A stretch of DNA of 59,586 nucleotides, the filler included, from Sphacelaria rigidula (Eukaryota), in the NCBI GenBank assembly GCA_964200075.2. It is 8 parts of 8 records of this genome, joined end to end, with 100 filler letters (N's around TTAATTAATTAA, not from the genome) between each part and the next. Parts side by side here need not be neighbours in the genome. Positions count along the whole stretch, not along the records: positions 22,384 to 29,744 come from CAXNAA020015258.1; positions 29,845 to 37,205 come from CAXNAA020015259.1; 6 more parts are not named here. One strand, written 5' to 3'. A program made the translations under genes and the position numbers. Positions 24,385 through 37,305 of the stretch are shown here, piece by piece (position 1 is the first letter of the stretch; every line of letters begins with the position of its first letter). The notes under the pieces were generated by a model. That model did not search any database. It saw nothing but the letters and a program-made list of their open reading frames with translations, and was not told the origin of the DNA.

Positions 24385-24884
24385 CGGGAGGATGTACTCA
24401 TGATCATGCAGGGGGGGGGGGCATACTCGTTTGTTTCGAGCATCCGGGTAATTTTCTTAATGCTGTCATCTGTATTTTTTCCAACTCCTTCACCAACTTC
24501 ACTGCATCTAAGTATTTTCTGAGCTGTTGCAATCTGTAATGTTTCCAACGTCTTCACTAACTTCATTGCACACAAGTATCCTCTTAGCTGCTGCCATCTG
24601 TACTGTTTCCTATTTCTTCATCAACTTCACCCCTTGCTTCGCTGTGTCTAATGCTAATATCAGGTCATCAATAAATACCTCGAGTAGCGGGTGATAACGT
24701 ACACCCTGGTGCAACTCCTTGCAAAATATCAAAATGTTTCGATATTTCCCCATCTAGCATCATCGCACTTTTGGCACATTTCTGTCATCTTCACCATCGT
24801 CCACACCTTTCCTTTGATCTCAGCTCCCCATATATTGTCCCACAACCCGTTTCTCCATACTGCGCCATGAGCCTTTTGCACCTG
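24385..24884 (-). pseudogene. Antisense LINE ORF2 fragment in copy 2
   Basis: VQKAHGAVWRNGLWDNIWGAEIKGKVW, QGVAPGCTLSP, C-rich tail at 24411-24428. Confidence 0.75.
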
Positions 24885-25828
24885 TATCACCCCACAGTTT
24901 CTTCGACCCTGCCATCGCACTCGAAGCACCCCGCTCCCCCATGTAGCGATGCCTTGAAGCTTTTGCTCATGGGTTCTACCTCCTGGAAAGGCTAGAGCAG
25001 TGCCAAGCTGAAGCACCAAGTGTATGATTATGGGAATCGCTTTCGGCGAGTACAATACGAAGATGGAGACTGGAAAGAGCTATCTCGCCGGGAAATCGAG
25101 CGCCCCAAGCTGGAACGGAGGAACCAAAGATAGACTGCAGCCACCGACGTTTACGAGTAGCTGTTGTGTGATGTGGTATATGATATCATCGCGAGAGGAA
25201 TGCAGTGATGAAATATGTGAGTAAGTAGTTATAAATCGCTGGTACAGTACGTTTCAGTCATGAATTTCGAGTGTTCTTGTCTTTTTCTTTTGTCGCTTTG
25301 TTATATATTGCTACCCATTTGGTAACATACGGGTACATGTGTGAGCCAAGGCGCGTGGGCTCTAGTTCCAGACGAATAGCGTCAGTAGTTACAGAAGATC
25401 ACCCCTCAAAAGCTGCACTCCTGTAACTCTTGGTTGGTTTGTGGAAAGGTTGTTTTTAGCGAGGTTTAAGGCCCGCACCACCCCAGAATCCTGTGTAACT
25501 GACCCGGGGTGTCGACGCGTGATTAATCTAACTCACCAATCGTTCTCCAGTCTAACTGAGATCCCGGCAAAACGACAGCAACCGTACTTGTCTGCTGTTT
25601 CTGTCGTTGAAAAGGGCGCTAAAGATTGTTTTCCTTTTCTAACGGGTGGGGTTTTCCTCTGCCTAACAGGGTTTACCTATGCAATTAGGCATCGAGTTTT
25701 CCCCTGCATTGTGAATATGCAGGTTTTCTTCTTTTTTTCAGGCGTTGATGCACAGGCTTTGTTCTTTTTTCGGCCCCTCCAGACCATGAATCATTTTTTG
25801 TTTAGCCTTATAAAGAAGGCTGGGAGCA

Positions 25829-26261
25829 TGTCACGGATGTATTGGTCATTTTCCAGTCGACTAGGCTCCATGGGTCATACTCTTGTCATGCTTGGTATCA
25901 GATTGTCTACCCATGTTTTCACAGAGCATTCAGGACTGATCCCAGCACGTACAGCAGCTACTAGCCTGTTCGCCGATAACACAAGAAGCACCCAACGCCA
26001 TCCACGGACTGCGATATCAGAGGTGTTGCTGGTCTTCGTCCAGAGTAAGCCTGACTTGCCTGCAGCTGGTGTTGCCTCGAGCATGCGCTCGACGCACTGC
26101 AGCTGGAGGGTTACTGTGAGCATTGGTTGAACCATCTTACACGCACAATCATCATCGAGCTCGGTCGGATCCTGGTGCTTGCATGTCTTTTGAGATGACT
26201 GCTCGGGTGCCCACGAATTGGGACCCTTCACCTCTAGACATTCACCTCGTGATTCGTGACA
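25829..26261 (+). repeat. 3' LTR of Gypsy derivative copy 2
   Basis: TGTCACG...CGTGACA perfect 7-bp terminal inverted repeat; preceded by purine-rich AAAGAAGGCTGGGAGCA. Confidence 0.75.
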
Positions 26262-26901
26262 TGGTGTCCAATCCGAAAATGATTAACAAACCCGTGACAT
26301 TCCAACGACATGTTTTCAGCGCACAGAGGCGCGCCCTGTCCAAAAAGAGAGGCAGAGAGAAATCGATCTTCGCATCGGTGAGCCCCACAGACATGAAGAG
26401 ACGCGACCGCACCTCGATGTTGTTTGGGAGGCTGTACGCAGCAATGTGATAACATGCCTACCCGCACATGAGATATTGGGTACATGCTGGTAACATGCAT
26501 GATGCCAGTCTCTCGAGCGATTGGCAATCGCCGAGCGAGGACACATAAAGGACACGGGCGAGGAGCTTCCTCTCCGTCGTTGCTTCCCTCTCTCTCTGGT
26601 GATATCGTCATCGACACGCGTGTATACACCGCATTCGTTCGGTGCACCGAGCCACAACTGCTGCACTGCTGCAGATTTGGGGGGGGAAATATGGTTTCGC
26701 TCTGTGTAACTATTTCGCGCCATCCCTGAAAATAACATAATATGCCACTTGAACCTCATTTTAGAGATCAACCTCATTTTCCAGGGCCTACTGTTATATC
26801 CCATGCATTGGACTTGCTTTTTTATGAGGGATGAAAAAATATCGGAAACCTGAGGCTCAATTTCTTCCGAACACTTTTTTTATGAGCGGACCGGCACTGT
26901 G

Positions 26902-27329
26902 AACACGGGACTTTACAAATTGGAGATGGATTTTTATTGGGATAAAAACTCGGAGAATTAAAATCTTCGTATCCACACCAAATCTTCGAAGTATGCGCCC
27001 ATTTCTGCACTTGCTGGTGGCTGGTGACGACTACTACACGTCATACAAATTTGGATTTCGATAACCGAAATATCGGGGTCCTAGGTGAAAAACCAACCTT
27101 GGCGTCCGATCGGACACCTAAAATCCCCCCAAAATGGTTCTTCACCTAGGATCCCGACGTTTCGGTTATCGAAATCCAAATTTTTATGGCGTGTAGTAGC
27201 TGTCAATAGCTACCAGCAACTGAAGAAATGGAAGCATACTTCGAATATTTGGTGTGGATACGAAGATTTTCATTCTCTGGGTTTTCATCCCCAAAAAACA
27301 CCCATCCCCAATTTTTAAAATCCCGTGTT
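26902..27329. mobile_element. Foldback/MITE with ~195-bp inverted arms
   Basis: 26902-27095 is the imperfect reverse complement of 27133-27329 (AAAATCTTCGTATCCACACCAAAT; AAATTTGGATTTCGATAACCGAAA). Confidence 0.85.
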
Positions 27330-29744
27330 TGTACACGTTTTTGTGTGCCGTACGGTGTCTTCACTTGATTGGCCACGCTTGTTTTTTTCGTCGAACAATG
27401 GCATCATGACATTCCATCATTTTGATGGGCGGTTACCTTTAAATATCGCTCGAGTGGTGGCTACAGGTCTCTGTTCTTGTTTCAGGTTCGAGCAGTATTG
27501 CACAGGAAATGTATCGCGCATTCGGACGATAAGTATGCGCGTCTCCCCCAACCGGTTCGTTGTGATGGCGAGTGGGGTATCCATGTGCAGGAAGGAATGA
27601 ACAGTGGATCCTAGAAAATGGGGTTGACACAAGATATAGGGTTGAAGTGGCATTTCCCCTTTGCAGGATGTTTGTAGCTTCGTGACCCCGTGAGAGGATG
27701 GGGTACAGACTCGACTCAGATAGTCGATCACTGGACACGACTGCGATAGTCGATCAATGGACACGGCTGACCGCCGATCAAGATGAGGTAGAAATGTATA
27801 TAAAGCTTTGTTGATGAAGAGGAAAGGAAAGGGGAGTAACCCCAGTGTGCAGCAAAATCTCAGGATGTGACGAGCACCACTCACGTATGTCCAGTCACTA
27901 ACATCACAATATAAAGTCATCCTGCATAGAACCCGGAACTCAAACAGGTATATCACTAGACTGTTGTACCTTACCCTGACTTGGTGTATCTTAGTGGACA
28001 CCGCAGGCCATCCTACGAACAACCCTAAGCCTAACCCAACAAGAACTGCTGTGGCGGGTGAACGGGTGTCTTCAGAACGGATGTTACGCCGATCTTTCAG
28101 CTGACCAAGTCGGTACGAGAACCCGCAGGATCACTCCAAGTACACGTCGTTGACTATGTTGAAAAAAAGTCACGTGTCCATCCCTGAACCACTCGGAAGT
28201 GGAAATCTCACGTGACATCACTATCGATTCAGGAACATAGACACGTGAGAAAGAAACGTAATGCTAGGCATGTGAAAACCCTTGTACGGTATCTTCCGTT
28301 ACACGACGCTATTGGAAGTATAGTGGTCCGCGGCCCCTGTGTACGTCCATGAATGCCTTATAGTGTACTCACTTTCACCACCACCCACCCCCCAAAGGTC
28401 ACGATTTAGCCTCGTCATGTGCTGAACCCTCAGACAGCGACCCCCCCCGCAAGTGGACTGAGTTGGACTATGCCACATTTGGGCTTCAGAACGGCTCTTT
28501 TCTTGCTGCACTAAACGATTTCTTCCATAATCATGTGGATGCTGGGCATCCATGTAGAAAATAGCTCTGGAGTACCCGTGACCGGTTTTGAACGTGCTGT
28601 CTTGAACGTGCAGCGTTAGAAGGTTTGCGGCATGTCTCCGCTGTATACAACGGTAAGAAGCAGTCAGCGTGCATCACTCTCCACTCAACACAATTTTCTG
28701 CATGCTGCTGACACCTCTGCTCAAGTATTCTAAAACGACACTACCGATAGTGTGAAGCTATCCTGGCGACAAATGAGGCGTCAGACAGGCGCCACAGACC
28801 ACAGAGCACAAGCAGAGTACAAAATACGTTATTTGTGCCCATGTTGTTTATGGTTGAACTGCGACGTCCAAGATGAGAAATACTGCCAGACAGTGAAGTA
28901 GTCTACCCATCCTCGTAGGGGGACTACGTGCTCATTCTGACGGTCGTGATTGGTCATAAGGGCCCTTTTTAACGAAGGGGATTATCACCTTTTTCACAAT
29001 CCCCTTTCGACAGGGGATTGGCCCCATAACGATCAGTCCCGAGTCCTATCGACAAGCAATTTTGTACAAATTGGAACCCAGATCTGCACGCAGGTTGAGG
29101 AATGCGGCGGGTCTGGAAGTGGTCGTTAGTCCAAGCAAGCCCAAGGTCTGTGTAATGCTGCAGACAATGCACAACAAGGCAACACAACACCTACACACCC
29201 AGCCCCGACAAAACACGCACAGATACCCATTAGTTTCACTGCAAGGCCTTGCTAATCTACACACGGTAGTCTTTGTTTGACAGAAATCCTTCCTGTATTG
29301 GACGAATGGCGGCCGCATGCGTGTCAAAAACAACCGGAAACGTGTCGTTGCTGACCGTTTTGTAAGCGTGTGCTGCACGCGCGTCTCACACAAATCATTT
29401 TTTCTCAAGGAATTCGGAACAGATTTGAGCAAGGTCACGCACAACGTGCAGAGCTGATGAGCAGCTATGGCTCGAGCTGTGTGTTTTTGGTTTGCGGTGC
29501 CACCAAGTTCTTCAGGTTCAGCTCTGATTGTGTTAGGCTGTGTGGTAAGCCTTTACATGTGCCCCTGTCAACCGGGCACGTATGTTCCCCTTCGAGGTGT
29601 CCGGAAATCACCTTTTGAAAAGGGGATTTCTGTGCATGTTGAGGGGATTGTTTTTTTTTTTTTTTGGTGGGGTTGATTTTTTTGCTTTCAATTTTTGTTT
29701 TTTTTTTAAAAAGGGGTTTTCCTCCTTCTTTATTAAGGTCTCTA

Positions 29745-29844
29745 NNNNNNNNNNNNNNNNNNNNNNNNNNNNNNNNNNNNNNNNNNNNTTAATTAATTAA
29801 NNNNNNNNNNNNNNNNNNNNNNNNNNNNNNNNNNNNNNNNNNNN
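29745..29844. other. Artificial contig linker
   Basis: Same linker. Confidence 0.98.
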
Positions 29845-29914
29845 GGGGCGTACTCATTTGTTGCTTGCCTTAGTCGTTTGACCATTGACCACGCATCCCT
29901 TTCGAGACGGAGCA
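29845..29914 (-). mobile_element. LINE 3' end fragment
   Basis: Matches ~14570-14639 without visible mismatch. Confidence 0.8.
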
Positions 29915-31585
29915 TAAGGGGGGGGGGGGGAGGCAGGTACTGTCCAATACAGGGACGAGTGCCATACACCATTGACAGTCTTGACAGGGTATATCATATG
30001 TCAAGGTAGAGACAACACGGCCCAAACACAAAATGTTGAACGTGGTCGATCTACTGTAGTGGTCGATGTACTGTACGAGCTACTGCGCTATATATATGTA
30101 CATGTATCATTTCACTTTTTTCACCACTTTTGCCGAGTGTTCTCAGGCGGCAAGACATCTTATCACGCGCTTTTTTTTGCAGTGCACCAAGAAGGTGCAG
30201 CGGTACATCACCTTTCAGGTTTGAGTGTCATCTAATACCTGTGGCGCGTGTTCTGGCCATTGAAAGTCGCCCACGCTGGCTCTTTTTCCCAGGGTGTCGA
30301 TCCCAAACCACAAAAGCCGTCCTCAAGATCGTGGAAAACTTCAAACAAGAACCACAAAACCCCGCTCATGGCGGGGTATTTTTTCACCGTGATTTTCTTT
30401 GCGTTCTCGATGATTTGGGAACACGAAGGCAGCGGTTATGAACCGGATGTCGCGAGAACATGGGAGCAAAGCAGTAGGAAACAGCTGGACATTGCCTTGA
30501 CTTAATCAGCAGAAAACACAAGTCGAATGATCTCACAATTCAGTTTTGACGTGAAGCCTTTAACACGGTCATGTTTGCGTAATATTTGCCCCAATTATGC
30601 GAACATAACAATCCACAAAAGCATGGTGAAGAACACTGAAGAATGTGTAGATTGGTATTGGAGGAAGGGGTCACAGTCACAGCTGCACTAAGGGAAGTCG
30701 CTGATGGCTTGGTGTGCATTGATACGGTGGATACCCACGGTGCGTGGCCTTTTATTTTTTCAACACCCTGCTGTCTGATGACGGCTAGATAGAGTGGGTA
30801 CAGTGACAGTTGAGCACGCAGGCTGCGACGGATCCTGCCGGCCTCATCATCAATCTTGGCCCAGCTATGGACGAACGATCGAGTAAACCCAGCAAGCAAG
30901 CGTCGTTTATGGTCCACTGTATATGTGAGGGTTGAGAGCTGAACATTTCCGCTTCAAAAATCTCGACAGTCGAAGATTAAGGTCCTGTTGCGCGACCAGT
31001 GGGTAGTGCCACGGACCCTTGCCGGCGTACCTGGCACTGGGGGCGACATCCCGGTACAGACAGTCCCATCACTACCGGGACGGCCGTGCACACAGGCCGG
31101 CAGCCGAAATGGCCGTTGCACTGGTGTTCTCCTAGCGTTATCAACTCGGAGTACAGCCGCACGGGCTTTGCATGCGAATATTTCGGTGATTACCTCACTT
31201 CCACTTCGGCCATGTGCTGTGGATTATTTCACGATCTCACCGCCTGAATGTATGGAAATGTATTACCCTAGACAAGAGCTTTCAACAGTCAGCATACAAT
31301 TAAAAGCATGTACAGTGCACAGTATAGAAGCTATTGCCTTCTGCGACGTGCACAGTACTCGTACAAAAGTGGTAACTGCGCGCAGTATGACTTCAAGACA
31401 GTGTAGAAATCTCCACGCGGTATGAATTGTTACAGCCGGCTTGCGCCCCATAGCGGCTGTGCTACCATACAGCTCCGCTCAAGATACAGGCAGGAATTAT
31501 AGCGGCAGAGGCGACCTATTACTCTTGCGTGCGCCACCTAGGGCGAATGCACACTCAGGTGCAACACCGACCGCTCTACGGCAAG

Positions 31586-31930
31586 GACTCGAGTGTTCGC
31601 CCTATTCATTTGTTTCCACAACGAGCGATGACTCGAGTTCTCGCCCTATTCATTTTTTGTACAACGAGCGATGACTCGAGTGCTCACCCTATTCAATTTT
31701 TGCACAACGAGCGATGACACGAGTGCTCGCCCTATTCATTTTTTGCACAACGAGCAATGACTAGAGTGTTCGCCCTCTTCGTTTTTTGAACAACGAGCAA
31801 TGTCTCGAGTGCTCGCCCTATTCATTTTTTTCCACAACGAGTAATGACTCGAGTGCTCGCCCTATTCATTTTTTCCACAACGAGCAATGACTCGAGTGCT
31901 CGCCCTATTAAATTTTCGGCCGACGAGCAG
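31586..31930. repeat. Tandem array, 8 x 43-44 bp
   Basis: Unit GACTCGAGTGCTCGCCCTATTCATTTTTT.CACAACGAGC.AT at 31586, 31630, 31673, 31716, 31759, 31802, 31846, 31889. Confidence 0.95.
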
Positions 31931-32157
31931 CCCAACGAGTGCGAGTGCCACGAGTGCCACGAGTGCTCGTCCGACGTATGGAAACTTCCATATTTCGACC
32001 GCGGGTTTGGAAATTGGGCTAATGACGCACAGAAGGCGTTATCACGAGACTGTCAGAAGAGTTGCACCGTTTCCACTGGCGATCCGTGGTATACGTGTAG
32101 CAGCAGCCGTAGCAGCAGCAGTGCACGCCGTTGCTTTTCGGTGAAGGGTCAGAGATC

Positions 32158-32562
32158 ATGGCTCGCAAGCGGAATCGTTCCTCACTCAAGTCTACTACCG
32201 TAGAAAATCCTCCTGCCGATTCGGTTGAAAACGAGGAGTCCTCTGTTTGTGAAGCTGCGGCGGCACCTGACCTATTCAATGGTGATGCTAATCCCTCTCC
32301 AGGAAGTAACAGCGCGAAGAAACGTCGTGGGCGTGGGAGTAGTAGTTTAGATGAGGGTGAAGTCGATAGTGATGTCGCTGCTGCTGAAGGTGGTGATGAA
32401 GACGGGGAAGATGGTGGGCCCAGTGGAGAGAAGCGAAAGAGAAAAAGACATCGCACGCGAAAGAAGAAGCCAGCATCTGGCGGAGATAGTGGGGTTGGAG
32501 ATGCCGCGGAGCAGACACAGCATGATCGAAAGACGGCGGACGCAATTTCAGAGACCATATAC
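32158..32562 (+). CDS. Putative first exon of a disordered, NLS-rich protein; downstream exons decayed
   Basis: ATG 32158, 135 codons with acidic tracts and KKRRGR / KRKRKRHRTRKKK, ends at donor GTAAGT (32563). Confidence 0.45.
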
Positions 32563-34848
32563 GTAAGTCCCTGGCATTGGAGTCTTGAGTTAGCTGCAGT
32601 TCATGTGTTGTTGTTGGAGATACGCGCATTGGGCTGCATACAGTACAGAGAAGGATAGTATATTGTATTTTCATCCGGGACGATAGCCTCTGCGTTGAAT
32701 TTATAATCGGCGTAATGAATTAAAATCAAGCCAGCCATCAACATCGATAATTTTGAGCACGAAGGGCAAAACAATCTGAAAAAATAAGAGCAGCTGCGAT
32801 TTGATGCTGAACACATGGAAGTATACCTCCAGATATACGGGGTGTTCAGCGATGGTACATGGCTTGAACCGAACCGAAGCCCTGGCTCCCGAACATGAGC
32901 AATTTTTGAAGATATGCAGATCACCTCTTGTTGGGACGAATAATAGGTTAATCTCCCACAGATGTAGGTAACACGCACAGAGGATGACCATACTGCGTAG
33001 TGCTTAGGTAGTGAGACCCACGAGGCAGCGCGTAGGCCGTGACTGTCTTTGGAAGCGGCAATGCCAGAAAATGCTGCCATCCAAATACAAGATAAGCAGT
33101 AGGCGTCGGGCCGAACAATCTTAGCAGGATGCTGCTCACCCTTCGTGCAACTCGCCGAACACACCACGGCGCTTCGCGCTTGGTGATTGATTGCGAGCCT
33201 GGTTTGGCGGAGAGGCACGTGTGCTCCGTCTCGACTTTGTAGAGATGCGAGGTCAGCGGCCATGTGACTAAGGCATGAGAGCATGAATACCCCCCCCCTT
33301 CCCCATCCCCGCATGCACGTGCCCACAACTTGCACAATTTCAGAGTAGTTTAACGTGTTCCTCCGTGATGAGACAAATACATCAGAAAGTGTGGGATATT
33401 TCTGCATGCATCTTTCGTACCACAAGGGGAATAGTGTCGCTCTTGTATTTCACTGCGACGAAATCCTGCTTGACTCTTTTTTCCTCTGAAGAGGAAGCGA
33501 ATGTAGTGCAATGATTTGCTGTTCCTTCTTCTCCTCTGGCCATTTTGTCAGGGTGGTGCTCAGACCCGTGAAAAGGTATGATGCCCCTACAGTAGCAGCG
33601 TCCTGTTTCGTCACTGCGATGAATATTCATATACGTATAGTTCACATTAAGAAGTGCCTCCTGGGGATTCGCGCGCTTTTCCAAGTTCGGGGTTAGCTGT
33701 GTCGATGTCCAGGTGAAAGCAGAAAAAGCGGTACACAAACTTGTCTCACGAAAATATAACGGGATACAATCACTTTCGCAGGAAAGTCGGCGATCTTGTT
33801 CACTACTTTTCCGCTGCAGGAGCTGAGCCAGCCTAAAAGCTCCCATTCCTCCAGACGTTCGAAGTTCCATGAGTCGGCCGTATGTAAGCGCGTCACTGTG
33901 AACTGCAGCCCAGCCTGCTACTGACACGCTTTGCCGCTATTCGATTAGCCACGCCTTGGCGATGACGTTATTGAGCACAGTATGGGTCCCGACTCTTCTT
34001 CCCGATGCCCTGTTTTTTCCCCATTTTAGTTTGGTATTTCCGTGTAAAACCCATTCTTTTACTCCCACGATCGCAAATCCACCGTCATTTAAAACATGAA
34101 ATACGTTGCCGAATTTATGTGTGGAGACAACATCAACAACATGTATGTATCGATCGTCGCACATTAACTGACCCCCCCAGACGTTCAGTCGTGGTCATTC
34201 TCCACATGATGGACGTACCCGAGACGAAACAAAACAAAACGGTGGAGAAGAGAAACAGAGTAAACTAAGAAGTAGGAAGGGGGGGGGGGGAACGGAGAGA
34301 AAATAAAAAGCAAAGACAAGAAGGAAAAAAAACTAGACATTGCCGGTCTCTTCCGCGTGACTACGGTGGAAAGGGTCTCGCGCAAAAGCATAAAGTCATA
34401 CTCCATCGTGAGAAACAAAGAGGCCGTGCGAACAGATGGCGGTTCATCTATTTCGAACTACCTCACTTTTTGGGGGGTATGCAGCTCTCTTCCATGAACC
34501 CTACGGAAGCATGGCACCGAATTGCTATAAATACTTGCATACAAATACACCGGGAGGAAATAGCCCATTGAGAGATAGGGGAAGAAGGAGAAGCTGAGAA
34601 TGAGGAGACTGCAGAAGTGATGAAGCTCAAAGACACAGCGCAGCAGAGCAGGTACACACACCAGGGAACACCGCAAGATCGCCTATTATTTTCAATAGGG
34701 ACAAGATCAATCGATAGGCAAGACAGGGGTATGTCAGTTTCCGTGTTAACACAGCTTCTCACTTTCATCCCTGTCAATAGTCGGGTACAACGCGGGCCAT
34801 TCTCTCATTCACTTGCGTCTTGGGTACCTTGCGAGCTGTTGATGAGGA

Positions 34849-34882
<34 letters not shown>

Positions 34883-35025
34883 ATGCTGGCGAAGGTTGTT
34901 CTCTGATTGGCGGCTCTCGACGAAGCAACCTCTCGTTCGTGGTGGCGGTCTGGTTATCTGTTGTCTTCGCATCGCCACTTGCCCTCGAACCCTTCCCCTG
35001 CCCCTCGTCGACTTGATTCATAAAT

Positions 35026-35329
35026 GACACTTTTTACGATAGCCTTGCCCCCCCCCCCAACCCCCCAAAAAGTGGCTGGTTTGGGGATGCAAAATCTACA
35101 TGTAAATCGAAATGAAGAAAGCCGAGCACAACAAGCAGCTGGGAATTCCCACGCTTGAGTTCGTTTTCGCCAATGTCGCCTTTATGAGGCGTTTCATGCA
35201 GCCTAAAACCAAACATGAGGCGCTGCATGGCCATTTTCCTCGCGACAGTGTTGAGCTGTTTTTTTGGGGAGGTGTACTCTTTTGTTTTTTTTTGGGGGGG
35301 GGGGGGGGAAGGGTACCGTAGAAAGTGTC
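35026..35329. mobile_element. MITE with GACACTTT termini
   Basis: GACACTTTTTACGATAGCCTT.CCCC / GGGGAAGGGTACCGTAGAAAGTGTC; second copy at 51802. Confidence 0.75.
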
Positions 35330-35751
35330 ATATATGCATTTGTTGAGTCATGATATTTTCCCTTCTTCTCAGAATATTAAACTGACTCTATTTTGCTGTC
35401 TGTTTTGTTATTTCTTTTCGCTACTTCCGATTTGCTTTTTCATGCAGCATTGATAATGTAAATGTCATGTCCAAGTGTCATATTCCAAGTCCTGAAAATG
35501 GTTCAACCCCCAAACGGGGTTCTTTGCTGGCTCAGCTCGAAGGCCAAAAACAATTTATCCACAGCCGGAGTAATTCTCGAGTTTAGCACTAGAGGTACAG
35601 ATGCCGTGGCAAAACAGTCTATTTCAGTACACACGTTCTCCACGTATGGCAACAAGGCGTTCAGCGCGGTAGCTTGCTTCTCGATTACAAGTCATCCCAT
35701 GGGGGGGAGCATCGAAACTATAATGCGATTGTGATTTTCTTTTTTAGTTGT

Positions 35752-35983
35752 TCTAGTACTTCACCTTCCTTTTGCGGTGCTTGCCTTTGATTTTTTTATC
35801 GCGAGAGGAGTTCGGCAGTCCCTTTCCGTCGTCGACCGTTATGTTGAATGTTGTGAACTCACGACATAGTCGCTCTCCACGAACTGTTGAGCATTGTGTG
35901 AGAAAAAATCCCAGATGGCTCCGAGATTCGAACCAACCGTCAGAAGGTTTCGAGGTTACCAACTGAGCCGCCGGGGCGACCGA
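35752..35983 (-). mobile_element. tRNA-derived SINE, 5' part
   Basis: Pol III box A-like CGGCTCAGTTGG (35970-35959) and box B GGTTCGAATCT (35934-35924); body shared with 11090-11310. Confidence 0.7.
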
Positions 35984-37205
35984 CCTAATCAGTATGGCGT
36001 GTAAAGGTACAGTGCAGTACGGTACATATCTGCCTCGTACCCATCTGCGAAACGGGTGAGAATATTAGACAGGAAAGGACGCAGTCGACCGGGAACTCCT
36101 GTTGCGCAGCTATTGTCTGTTCTGCTATAGACGTCGATCTCGATCTACACCCCTAATTTATACAAAACAGAATTAACCCGAGGGCACCTGACTGAAAGCA
36201 CTCCCGCGGAATGTAAGCTGCAACCTGAGCCATCATCCCAATCACGCCGCGGCAATTTTTGCAATACTTCTCTCCCCCGCGCGATATGATCGACCACGCC
36301 TGTCAACGCACTTCAGTAAGAACAATCATGTCGCGAGGTGTCACTTTTTTTCATGGCGCTTACAAGGTCGGGGTCCTACAGGGCATCCTATACGATGAAG
36401 TTCATACCCTGGACAATAGAATACACAGTCAAGAAGTGTACTGCGCACAGGATCGACTATTGCGCCTATCGCAACAGACAATAGATTCCATACTGTACGC
36501 AGTACATTTTTTGACAAAATAATCCTTTGTCGAGGGTGTGATGAAGTTGTTCATTCCAAGGCGCAGGTTGCTCCACGGGTGCGGAGCCGGAGCAGTACCT
36601 CTCCGCTCCTTAGTTGGCGCAATGACGGAGTGCAGCGTTCCCCCATACTTTCCCCTAGTGGCGCGGTTTGAAACCCCGGTTTCATCGAAAACTGGAGCGA
36701 CTACATTGCCTATGGTTACGTGGTTGGAAATAGTTCTTCAAGATCTGTCGATAAATGGGTACAGTAGTGCAGCAGACCAGGAGCCTGCTTGTACACCGAC
36801 AATGTATGTTGAAGGTGTTCTCGTGGGGGGGTGCTATTCTCCGTCACGTGTGACTCGTCCACAAGCTTGCCGGTCAACCGCTGCTGTTTCTGATCTTGGT
36901 GCGATCAGTGTTTATCCTTCCAGCCAGTAACCCTTGTGGGACCGGGCCTCCATAACGACCAATGAGGCTGGTTAGGAATGACGTGTCTGGCGTCTGCACG
37001 AAACAGTGGATTCATGTCGCTGAAAATCCACGAATGTCACCGCCGCACGTAGGGTTGGGAGGAATACCGAAAGTTTCATCCGATCTATTTTCAGGTGCAA
37101 ATACAAACTGTAGTTCGGGTGGGATGCGCATTAGGTGATGTACATCTGATGAACAAGTATCATGGGTCGCCGTAGAGAGCTTTCAACAGGATGCGGCGAC
37201 CGGCG

Positions 37206-37305
37206 NNNNNNNNNNNNNNNNNNNNNNNNNNNNNNNNNNNNNNNNNNNNTTAATTAATTAANNNNNNNNNNNNNNNNNNNNNNNNNNNNNNNNNNNNNNN
37301 NNNNN
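37206..37305. other. Artificial contig linker
   Basis: Same linker. Confidence 0.98.

Larger units (their letters stand above)
22430..26261 (+). mobile_element. Non-autonomous Ty3/Gypsy derivative, copy 2
   Basis: Colinear with 1936-6900 on the opposite strand; RH-like 23040-23300, RT thumb 23420-23620, integrase 23630-24290, YEDGD ~25060. Confidence 0.75.

Noticed and set aside
26262-26280. TGG after the LTR as a PBS (tandem element)
   Set aside because: Not present in copy 1, no recognisable tRNA match, and no internal region follows
27561-28041. Possible solo LTR with TATA box
   Set aside because: Ends and TSD could not be established
30130-30960. Protein-like minus-strand fragments (KDZ/CxC transposase?)
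   Set aside because: No diagnostic motif recognisable by eye
31586-31930. CRISPR-like appearance of the 43-bp array
   Set aside because: Units are contiguous with no unique spacers; no cas genes; eukaryotic context
32644-32967. Alternative genetic code (TAA/TAG = Gln)
   Set aside because: TGA stops also occur, and other ORFs in the window behave as standard code
35910-35983. Functional tRNA gene
   Set aside because: No acceptor stem pairing; continues into a dispersed repeat body
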